Below, one piece after another: positions 10,566-17,970 of a stretch of DNA of 64,000 bases (positions are counted from its first letter, which is position 1; every line of letters begins with the position of its first letter). The DNA is from Nitrospirota bacterium (lineage in GTDB: Bacteria > Nitrospirota > Thermodesulfovibrionia > Thermodesulfovibrionales > JdFR-88): the NCBI GenBank assembly GCA_021825295.1, contig JAKAHV010000002.1, positions 70,189 to 134,188 of the forward strand, given 5' to 3'. Position numbers and translations under genes: made by a program. The notes under the pieces were generated by a model, which saw only the letters and a program-made list of their open reading frames with translations, was not told the DNA's origin and made no database searches.

Positions 10566-10581
10566 TGGTATGCAAATTGCT
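10566..10581 (+). promoter_or_regulatory. Sigma-54 (-24/-12) promoter candidate for OmcS-family paralog 2
   Basis: TGGTATGCAAATTGCT has GG-N10-GC spacing exactly as in the TGGCAC-N5-TTGCW consensus. An AT-rich tract with an IHF-like ATTCAAacaaTTA (10517-10529) lies just upstream. Confidence 0.6.
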
Positions 10582-10740
10582 CGTACGCAAGCCAAGAGTG
10601 ATAAGAAGCAAAGGCCCCGGGGCTCAGTTGAGGCAAGGGCCGGAGCTGGACGGGAGGAGGTGGTAGTGCAGGCGAGAGTATTGGGGAGTGCATAGGACTT
10701 GCCGCCATGCCCGGCAAAAATGGTTTTCCGGGTTGGCTGG

Positions 10741-10815
10741 CGGCAAACTGGATCCGGCCGTTATCGCCGGGAGGCGAAAAAGCTGCGAGGGTTTTGGCCC
10801 CGGGCGCGGCTGCCG
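10741..10815 (+). promoter_or_regulatory. Candidate GEMM-I-like (cyclic-dinucleotide) riboswitch fold in the paralog-2 leader
   Basis: Three-way junction drawn by hand. P1 is cggca/tgccg (10741-45/10811-15). GGCAAAC is followed by hairpin tccggc-cgttatc-gccggga, then junction ggCGAAAAAGC, then P3 ctgcg...cgcgg. It resembles the GGCAAAC...GACGCAAAGC consensus as I recall it, with deviations. Confidence 0.3.
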
Positions 10816-10864
10816 GAGAAGTAACCGGACATTAAACAAAGAAGGAAGAATTAGGGGGAAATTG

Positions 10865-12139
10865 ATGAAAGCAGTCAAAGTCGCATTAATCCTTATGGCC
10901 GCCGCCCTTGTCGTCTTCGGGCTTAGCGGCGCGGCCTTCGCCTTCCATGACGGCGGCGTCGCGTACTGCGAGGGCTGTCATACGATGCACAACTCGATGG
11001 GCGGAGTGTCCAACAGCGTAGGCGGCTGGGGCTCACCCGGCGTCACCCACAACCAGTACCTGCTGAAGGGCACGGACCCCAGCTCCACCTGCCTCAACTG
11101 CCACTCCCACAAGGGTGCGAAATACAACATCTTCAGCACGGACGGCAGCTCGTATACTCCCGGCGGTGACTTCTACTGGATCACCCAGACCTATACCTAT
11201 TCGCCCTGGACCGGCAACACCGCCACCTCCCAGGCGCAGAACCACGGCCATGACATAGTTGCGGCCGACTTCAGCCTCAGCACGGATACCATCCTTACGG
11301 CTGCCCCCGGCAACGGCACGCAGCCGGTGTATTACGCCAGCAACCTGGCCTGCAACTCCTGCCACAACCCGCACGGCCGCGTAAACGGCGGTACGAGGAA
11401 CGGCCAGAAGCCTGTCGGGCAGTCCGGCTCTTACGGCTATACCCCGGTAACCGGGACGATAAACGGCAACTACAGGCTCCTCGCGGACACCTACTATCAG
11501 CCTGGCGATCCGTCCGTCTATGATCCGGCCCCGTCCGGCGTCGCGGGTTATCCCCAGGCCTTTACTTACATCGCAAACGCCCCGGTCGCGGTCGCGCCGG
11601 CTACCTTCAGAGAGGTTGAAGGTCTTGGCACGGCTGGCATATCGCACACCGACTACGGCAACGGCATCGCCGAGTGGTGCGCCAACTGCCACCAGGGCTT
11701 CCTGAACAACGACGCAACCGGCACGACCGGCACCCACAGGCACCCGGCAGGCGACAGCGCCACCCTGGGCCCCACGATCGCCGGCTTCTACAACGAGTAC
11801 GTCTCCACCGGCAACATAACCGGCACGTCGGCTAACGCCTTCCTGCCTCTGGTCCCGTTTGAAAGAGGCGCGGGCGCAACCCTGAGCTCGACCAGCACGG
11901 CGGGCCCGGACGGCACCAACGCGGCAGTTATGTGCCTCACCTGCCACAGGGCTCATGCCTCCGCCTTTGACGAGGGCACCAGGTGGGATACTCAGGCAGA
12001 GTTCATCTCCGCCTCGAGCGCTCTTATAGCCACCGCCAAGCCCTGGGTCGCCAACGCCCCGTACTACGGCTGGGACATCGTGGCCAACATGGGCTCGTAT
12101 CAGAGGCAGCTCTGCAACAAGTGCCACATCCAGGACTAA
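10865..12139 (+). CDS. Secreted hexahaem c-type cytochrome, OmcS-family paralog 2
   Basis: The real start is ATG 10865 (MKAVKVALILMAAAL...); the 10688 extension covers the leader. AFA|FHDGGVAYCEGCHTMHN, six CxxCH, C-terminal YQRQLCNKCHIQD. Confidence 0.85.
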   Translation: MKAVKVALILMAAALVVFGLSGAAFAFHDGGVAYCEGCHTMHNSMGGVSNSVGGWGSPGVTHNQYLLKGTDPSSTCLNCHSHKGAKYNIFSTDGSSYTPGGDFYWITQTYTYSPWTGNTATSQAQNHGHDIVAADFSLSTDTILTAAPGNGTQPVYYASNLACNSCHNPHGRVNGGTRNGQKPVGQSGSYGYTPVTGTINGNYRLLADTYYQPGDPSVYDPAPSGVAGYPQAFTYIANAPVAVAPATFREVEGLGTAGISHTDYGNGIAEWCANCHQGFLNNDATGTTGTHRHPAGDSATLGPTIAGFYNEYVSTGNITGTSANAFLPLVPFERGAGATLSSTSTAGPDGTNAAVMCLTCHRAHASAFDEGTRWDTQAEFISASSALIATAKPWVANAPYYGWDIVANMGSYQRQLCNKCHIQD

Positions 12140-12171
12140 TCCTGGCGGCATAGCCTTATACGTGTAGCAGC

Positions 12172-12198
12172 GCGGGGGCGGACACCGTCCGCCCCCGC
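12172..12198 (+). terminator. 12-bp GC stem-loop after paralog 2 (no U-tract)
   Basis: gcgggggcggac-acc-gtccgcccccgc read directly. No T-run follows, so it may be a terminator or an RNA-stabilising hairpin. Confidence 0.4.
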
Positions 12199-12212
12199 AT
12201 CTCCATCTGCGC

Positions 12213-12238
12213 TAAATCACGCAGAATGGGGGATTTCG
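12213..12238. promoter_or_regulatory. Second copy of the AAATCACGCA..GGGATTTC motif, candidate UAS
   Basis: taaatcacgcagaatgggggatttcg lies about 90 nt upstream of the sigma-54 promoter at 12324 and is similar to 10377-10409. Confidence 0.35.
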
Positions 12239-12323
12239 CCTGTAAAAGAGGCTTGTTCGACTTTTTGCCTTTTTGAGGGTTTTTTTGATGTTTTTCCGCC
12301 GGTTATTGTATTATGAATCCTCC

Positions 12324-12339
12324 TGGTATGTTAATTGCT
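12324..12339 (+). promoter_or_regulatory. Sigma-54 promoter candidate for the NHL gene (and possibly paralog 3)
   Basis: TGGTATGTTAATTGCT matches the 10566 site at 13 of 16 positions, with GG-N10-GC spacing. It lies 27 nt before ATG 12366. Confidence 0.6.
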
Positions 12340-12365
12340 CCCAAGCTATAGCGGAGGGCTTGCAA

Positions 12366-13355
12366 ATGGAGGATGGCAAAGTGGGCGAAAAGGCAGAGTA
12401 CGGAAGGAAAAGGTTTACGGCGGCCCTTCCTGTCTTGTTTCTCCTCCTTGCGGTCTTTCCCGGCCCCTCGCGGGCGTACGGCCTGAGGGTCAGCTACCAG
12501 TACAACCTGGCCGACTCCACCGGCGACATACCGTTTAGCTACGGCGCAAAGCTGGCCATAGACAAGTCCAGGGGCGAAGTCTACGTGACCGACTCCATGC
12601 AGGGCGGGGTCACGATTTTTAATACGACCGGAATGAGGGTCTACCGGTTCGGGGACCAGGCCGACCTGGGCTTCATAGAGGACGTCGCCATCGACAGGAA
12701 GGGCGACATCTTCACCCTTTCCTATAACGACACCAGGCAGCTCTTTTTCATCGGCCTCTGCAACTACAGGGGGGAGCTGCAGTCAAAGATTACGGTCAGC
12801 GGCCTTCCGTCAGGCTTTTCCCACTTCAAGCCCGGCCGCATCTTCTACAACAAGGGCATAATTTACCTCGCGGACGACGAGGACATGCTGGTGGCGCTTG
12901 TAAACCTCCAGGGCAAGTGCATCAGGACTTACCAGTTGAACAAAATCCTTAAATTTACGCCCAAGATGATCAGGGACGACAACAGCGCCTTCGGGTTCGC
13001 GATAGACGATGATGGCAACATGTATCTGACCATCCCGACGCTTTTCCGGGCATACCGGATCACGCCGGACGGGAAGGCCGAGACTTTTGGGAGGGGTGGC
13101 AGCGGTCCCGGCAGGTTCGGGGTCGCCGCCGGGATAGCCGTGGACGGCAACGGCTATATCTACGTCTCGGACAGGCTGCGCTGCTGCGTGCTCGTCTTCA
13201 ACAAGGACCTCAACTTCGTGACCGAATTCGGCTACCGGGGCTTCGGGCCGGGCTCTCTCATAGTCCCCAGCGACGTGGTCGCGGGTCCTGACGGGAGGAT
13301 TTACGTCAGCCAGGCAGGCAACCGGGGTGTGAGTGTTTTCAGCGCGGCTTATTAG
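12366..13355 (+). CDS. NHL-repeat beta-propeller protein, secreted
   Basis: Start at MEDGKV after gcggaggg. Signal-like LPVLFLLLAVFPGPSRA. Repeats of the type GPGRFGVAAGIAVDGNGYIYVSDRLRCCVLVF. Confidence 0.75.
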   Translation: MEDGKVGEKAEYGRKRFTAALPVLFLLLAVFPGPSRAYGLRVSYQYNLADSTGDIPFSYGAKLAIDKSRGEVYVTDSMQGGVTIFNTTGMRVYRFGDQADLGFIEDVAIDRKGDIFTLSYNDTRQLFFIGLCNYRGELQSKITVSGLPSGFSHFKPGRIFYNKGIIYLADDEDMLVALVNLQGKCIRTYQLNKILKFTPKMIRDDNSAFGFAIDDDGNMYLTIPTLFRAYRITPDGKAETFGRGGSGPGRFGVAAGIAVDGNGYIYVSDRLRCCVLVFNKDLNFVTEFGYRGFGPGSLIVPSDVVAGPDGRIYVSQAGNRGVSVFSAAY

Positions 13356-13609
13356 AACAGCCGGAAACAGGGAAGGGGGTGATTGCATAAGGGCAGCAAA
13401 AGGGTCTGCCAACCGGCCAAGGGGAAGATTTGCCGGCCGGCGGCAGGCAGGCTCCGGCCCGTCCTGCATCAGGTAGCTTTCCGTACGGGGTTATCCCCTG
13501 GAGCATCCAACGGGGCCCCCTCAAAAGGGGGAGGATGAACGGGGATATGAACGGAAAGGGCCCGGGACGGGACTCGGGAAAAGGGGGAAACCAATAACAA
13601 GGAGGGATC

Positions 13610-14902
13610 ATGAAAGCAACAAGGCTTGCTCTTGTCCTCATGGCCGCGGCCGCGCTCGTCTTCGCGTTTGCCGGCGCGGCATTCGCGTTCCATGACGGCG
13701 GCGTCGCGTTCTGCGAGGGCTGCCACACGATGCATAACTCGCTGGGCGGCGTGTCAAACAGCGTAAGCGGCTGGGGCAGCCCCGGCGTCACCCACAACCA
13801 GTATCTCCTGAAGGGCACGGACCCCAGCTCCACCTGCCTCAACTGCCACTCCCATTCGGGCGCGAGCTATCAGGTTCTGAGCACGGACGGCAGCGCCTAC
13901 ACTCCTGGCGGCGACTTCTACTGGCTCAGCCAGACCTACACCTATTCGCCCTGGTCCGGCAACACTTCGACCTCCCAGGGGCAGAACCACGGCCATACCG
14001 TGGTTGCGGCCGACTTCGCACTGAGCACGAGCACCATACTCACGGTGGCCCCCGGGGCCGGCACTCAGCCGGTGTATTACGCCAGCAACCTGGCCTGCAA
14101 CTCCTGCCACAACCCGCACGGCCGTGTAAACGGCGGCACCAGGAACGGCCAGGCGCCGGTTATGGGCTCCGGCTCTTACGGGAACACGGCTCCCAGCGGC
14201 ACGATACTTGGCAACTACAGGCTCCTCGCGGACACCTACTACGCACCTGGCGACCCGACCGTCTATGATCCGGCCCCGTCCGGTATCGCGGGCTATCCCC
14301 AGGCATTTACTTACATCGCCAACGCCCCCATAGCGGTAGCTCCGAATGTCGGCCACAGTGCCGCATCGATGCATGAGGTTGAGGGCCTGGGCACGACGGG
14401 TATCGAACACACCGACTACGGCTCGGGCGTCGCCGAGTGGTGCGGCAACTGCCACCAGGGTTTCGTGAACAACGCCGCAGACGGGACGAGCACTACCCAC
14501 AGGCACCCGGCCGGGGATACCGCCACTCTGGGCGCCACAATCGCCGGCTTCTATAATGAATATGTCTCGACCGGCAACATACACGGCACCAGCGCGAATG
14601 CCTACCTGCCTCTGGTCCCGTTTGAAAGGGGCGCGGGCGCAACCCTGAGCGCAAGCAGCACGGCGGGCCCGGACGGGGTTAAGTCGGCCGTCATGTGCCT
14701 TAGCTGCCACAGGGCGCACGCCACCGCCTTTGACGAGATGACCAGGTGGGACACCAGCGCCGATTTCATCTCCGCCTCGAGCGCTCTTATAGCCACCGCC
14801 AAGCCCTGGGCCGCCAACGCCCCGTACTACGGCTGGGACATCGTGGCCAATATGGGCTCTTACCAGAGAAGCCTCTGCAACAAGTGCCACATCCAGGATT
14901 AA
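13610..14902 (+). CDS. Secreted hexahaem c-type cytochrome, OmcS-family paralog 3
   Basis: AFA|FHDGGVAFCEGCHTMHN, six CxxCH, YQRSLCNKCHIQD. Long runs are nucleotide-identical to paralog 2. Confidence 0.85.
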   Translation: MKATRLALVLMAAAALVFAFAGAAFAFHDGGVAFCEGCHTMHNSLGGVSNSVSGWGSPGVTHNQYLLKGTDPSSTCLNCHSHSGASYQVLSTDGSAYTPGGDFYWLSQTYTYSPWSGNTSTSQGQNHGHTVVAADFALSTSTILTVAPGAGTQPVYYASNLACNSCHNPHGRVNGGTRNGQAPVMGSGSYGNTAPSGTILGNYRLLADTYYAPGDPTVYDPAPSGIAGYPQAFTYIANAPIAVAPNVGHSAASMHEVEGLGTTGIEHTDYGSGVAEWCGNCHQGFVNNAADGTSTTHRHPAGDTATLGATIAGFYNEYVSTGNIHGTSANAYLPLVPFERGAGATLSASSTAGPDGVKSAVMCLSCHRAHATAFDEMTRWDTSADFISASSALIATAKPWAANAPYYGWDIVANMGSYQRSLCNKCHIQD

Positions 14903-14927
14903 TCACCGTGGCTTAGAGGTATCTATC

Positions 14928-14957
14928 GGGGGCGGGGTTTGTTCCGCCCCCTTTTTT
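14928..14957 (+). terminator. Rho-independent terminator 1 after paralog 3
   Basis: 8-bp stem gggggcgg/ccgccccc followed by TTTTTT. Confidence 0.7.
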
Positions 14958-14963
14958 CCATCA

Positions 14964-14994
14964 GGGGCCGGCTCACCGCCGGCCCCTCTTTTTT
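14964..14994 (+). terminator. Rho-independent terminator 2 after paralog 3 (tandem)
   Basis: 9-bp stem ggggccggc/gccggcccc followed by tcTTTTTT. Confidence 0.7.
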
Positions 14995-15214
14995 GGTGAT
15001 AGGAAATTTTAGAACCTCAAAAATAAAATTTTATTGTTTGCATTTCCCTTTGGAATTTGTTGAAAGGCCGTCATACCGGTCCCGCCGGGGCGGGATATCC
15101 AGTGACTTTGCCGTGGAGCCTTAACGTCACTGGATTCCGGATTACTAAATCTGGAATGACGGCTTAAAATTCAATAGATACCCTGCAACTTGCTGCAGGG
15201 TGATTCATTTCCTC

Positions 15215-15243
15215 TTGGTATCCCGCCCGTTTTTCACTATAAT
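15215..15243 (+). promoter_or_regulatory. Sigma-70-like promoter candidate far upstream of paralog 4
   Basis: TTGGTA-N17-TATAAT read directly. It lies about 445 nt upstream of ATG 15688, with REP-like hairpins in between. A similar TATAATGGA occurs at 17709 upstream of paralog 5. Confidence 0.3.
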
Positions 15244-15687
15244 GGAGTGGATTGCGCATCCCCAAAGTTTGACTTTTTCCCTTTTCGCATGCCCCGGGGG
15301 CATGCCCACAGTGCCTGCTGGTTTATGAATTTCTGTATGTTTTTCAATAGGCTTGAATATGTGATTTTCAGGGAGTTCTAACAGGATGCGGAAAAACTAT
15401 TTTCGAGCCTTTTATCCGTAATTCCCGCGAAGGCGGGAATCCAGGTTTTTCAATGACTTATATTTAAAGTGGATTCCAAGCCGGGGAATGACGAATTTGA
15501 GACTTTTTCAACAGCCTGCTAATCAATCGTCTTCATCGGGGAAAGGAGGTGGCTTAAAAAAGATAAAAAATCGGGGCCCTTTAAAAGTTTCACAGGGAGA
15601 AGCGGGGCCTGCCGGGGGCTTGCTGCCGGCGGGCATGGAGAAACAGCGGGGAAAAGGGCATATATCGATAAGGGAGGGTATTTATTG

Positions 15688-16977
15688 ATGAAAGCTCTGA
15701 AGACCGGACTCGTCCTGCTGGCCGCGGTCTTTCTGGTTGCCGCATTGGGCGGGACTGCCATCGGCTTCCATGACGGCGGCGTGGCCTACTGCGAGGGCTG
15801 CCACACGATGCACAACTCGCTTGGCGGCGTGTCAAACAGCATTCATGGCGCGGGCACCCCCGGCACCGCTTTAAACCAGTATCTTCTCAAGGGTACGGAC
15901 CCAAGCTCCACCTGCCTGAACTGCCACTCGCAGCCGACCGGCAACAACATCCAGGTGCTGAGCCTGGACGGCACCGCCTATACGCCGGGCGGCGACTTCT
16001 ACTGGCTCAAGGAGACCTACACCTATTCTCCATGGGCCGGCGCCACCCTCACCTCAAACGGGCAGAACCACGGCCATACCGTGGTGGCAATCGACTTCTC
16101 CCTCACAACGAGCACCATACTTACCGTGGCCCCGGGGCGGGGCACCCAGCCGGAGTATTATTCCAGCAACCTGGCCTGCAACTCCTGCCATAACCCGCAC
16201 GGCCGGGTCGACGGAGGCACCAGGAGCGGCAAGGTGGGGCCGGTCGCGCAGTCCGGCTCCTACGGCTACGCCCCCATAGCCGGGACCGTAAACGGCAACT
16301 ACAGGCTCCTCGCGGACATCGGCTACGCCCCCGGCGACCCCGCCGTCTTCGGTCCGCAACCCTCCGGCGTGGCAGGCTATCCCCAGGCGTTTACTTACAT
16401 CGCGAACGCCCCGGTGGCGGTCTCGCCTATCAACTTCAAGGAGGTTGAGGGCCTTGGCGCGGCCGGCATAGAGCACGTCGATTACGGGACGGGCGTTGCC
16501 GAGTGGTGCGCCAACTGCCACCAGGGATTTTTGAACGACGCCTCTCCCCACGGCACATCCACCTACCACCGCCATCCGGCCGGCGACACCGCCAGGCTCG
16601 GCGGCCTCGCAGACCTCTATAACTCATACGTCAAATCTGGCGTCTATACCGGCGCGCAGGCGACCTCCTATCTGCCCCTTGTGCCATTTGAAAGGGGGAC
16701 AGCCACAGGGCTGGCCGCCAACAGCCCGGCGGGGCCGCTTGCGGGCGGGGCGGGCAGCGAAGCCGTCATGTGCCTTAGCTGCCACAGGGCGCACGCGAGC
16801 GCATTCGACGAGATGACAAGGTGGGACACGACCGCGGAGTTCATGTCCGCATCGAGCGCGCTGATCGCGACCGCCAGGCCCTGGGCCACCAACGCGCCTT
16901 ATTACGGCTGGGACATAGTGGGCCAGATGGGCTCCTATCAGAGGAACCTCTGCAACAAGTGCCATGTGCAGGATTAA
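15688..16977 (+). CDS. Secreted hexahaem c-type cytochrome, OmcS-family paralog 4
   Basis: ATG 15688, preceded in frame by TTG 15685. AIG|FHDGGVAYCEGCHTMHN, six CxxCH, YQRNLCNKCHVQD. Confidence 0.85.
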   Translation: MKALKTGLVLLAAVFLVAALGGTAIGFHDGGVAYCEGCHTMHNSLGGVSNSIHGAGTPGTALNQYLLKGTDPSSTCLNCHSQPTGNNIQVLSLDGTAYTPGGDFYWLKETYTYSPWAGATLTSNGQNHGHTVVAIDFSLTTSTILTVAPGRGTQPEYYSSNLACNSCHNPHGRVDGGTRSGKVGPVAQSGSYGYAPIAGTVNGNYRLLADIGYAPGDPAVFGPQPSGVAGYPQAFTYIANAPVAVSPINFKEVEGLGAAGIEHVDYGTGVAEWCANCHQGFLNDASPHGTSTYHRHPAGDTARLGGLADLYNSYVKSGVYTGAQATSYLPLVPFERGTATGLAANSPAGPLAGGAGSEAVMCLSCHRAHASAFDEMTRWDTTAEFMSASSALIATARPWATNAPYYGWDIVGQMGSYQRNLCNKCHVQD

Positions 16978-17063
16978 CCCCTCGCTCTTCCGCCGGTGTG
17001 ACCCCTCTCCCACCGGGAGAGGGTTTGGGTGAGGGGGACCAAGCCCCAAGGTGAGAATGAACC

Positions 17064-17108
17064 GGGGCCGGCAATTTTTTATTTTTAGTTGCCGGCCCCC
17101 ATCTTTTG
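17064..17108 (+). terminator. Hairpin terminator after paralog 4
   Basis: 11-bp stem ggggccggcaa/ttgccggcccc with an AT-rich loop, then a weak T-run (atcttttg). Confidence 0.5.
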
Positions 17109-17336
17109 CGCCTCCTTCTGCTCCGATAAATCCGTCATTCCCCGGCTTGACCGGGGAGTTCACGTTCCGCGCCTCCTTCAGTCTCGATTGCATCGTTAGA
17201 GTCACCAAGGCGGCCATAAGTAACGCGGCACAGTTTGTCATCGTCCCGAAAATGCCCCTTCCCCTGCCTTGTGCCTGGTATCCGCCCGGCCCTTTCGTTC
17301 GGCTCGCGCGGTTCCGGACGAGTACAAACGGCGCTG

Positions 17337-17590
17337 GGCAAAAGGCGGATGGGAACATGGCTCGCATCATTCTCGCCGGCCATCCCTGGCCGGCTCCGAG
17401 GCTTTTGCCTATCCGGACGTCCATGTCCGGATTACGGCAAAAAAATCCGCTCCCATGCCCCCATCCGCCTTTTGCCTTACACGCGATTCGCTTATACCCG
17501 GTCGTTGGAGGAGTCGCCGGACGGAAAAAAAGGATTGAGAGATCCCGCCAAGGCGGGACAGCGGCAGAAAAAAAGCAGCAAAAAAAGAAA
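17337..17590. repeat. Repeat family A, internal-module copy (no TIRs)
   Basis: It shares ggcaaaaggcggatgggaacatggctcgcatc...atccgccttttgccttacacgcgattcgcttataccc and gcggcagaaaaaaagc with 43820-44070, and carries an extra insertion in the hairpin. Confidence 0.5.
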
Positions 17591-17970
17591 GATTATAGCG
17601 CACGGGCTTTTCGCCTTAAAGTTGTTCTGATACCCCCAACCATTTATTTATCTTTTACCGCGTATTTTGCCGCACTATCACCCCATGGCATATTGCCTTC
17701 CATTCAGGTATAATGGATAAATTACAATTTTAGGTTGTGAATGCGTGAAAAGGCGCAGGATGTGGAATTGAGGTTCACAAAAGGCTTTTTGTACCGGTAA
17801 GGGGGGTGATTGCAAAAAGGGGAAAAAGGCCAGCCCGCGGGCTTTATCGCCCGGCGGGCAGTCTCCGGCCCGTCTTTGGCGGGAGGCTCAGGAAGATATC
17901 CGGATGCGTGACGGGGCCCGGGGGAAGAAACAATGGGGGAAAATAAATCCTTCAATCAGGGAGGGTATTG

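Noticed and set aside
10688-10864. N-terminal 59-codon extension of the paralog-2 ORF
   Set aside because: The extension has no signal peptide and overlaps the leader and candidate riboswitch. ATG 10865 gives the same MK-signal N-terminus as the other paralogs.
13470-13500. GGTAGC...ACGGGGTTATCC in the paralog-3 leader resembling the 3' part of the Vc2 c-di-GMP riboswitch
   Set aside because: Only a short one-sided resemblance. I could not build the P1/P2/P3 helices or find the GCAAA / ACGCAAAGC junction motifs, so it is left as an unassigned conserved leader.
15080-15480. Short palindromic units (gtcattcc..ggaatgac; attcccgcgaaggcgggaatcc) between paralogs 3 and 4, considered as possible CRISPR repeats or attachment sites
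   Set aside because: They are irregularly spaced imperfect hairpins of the common REP type, with no repeat-spacer periodicity. They are noted only as generic REP-like sequences.
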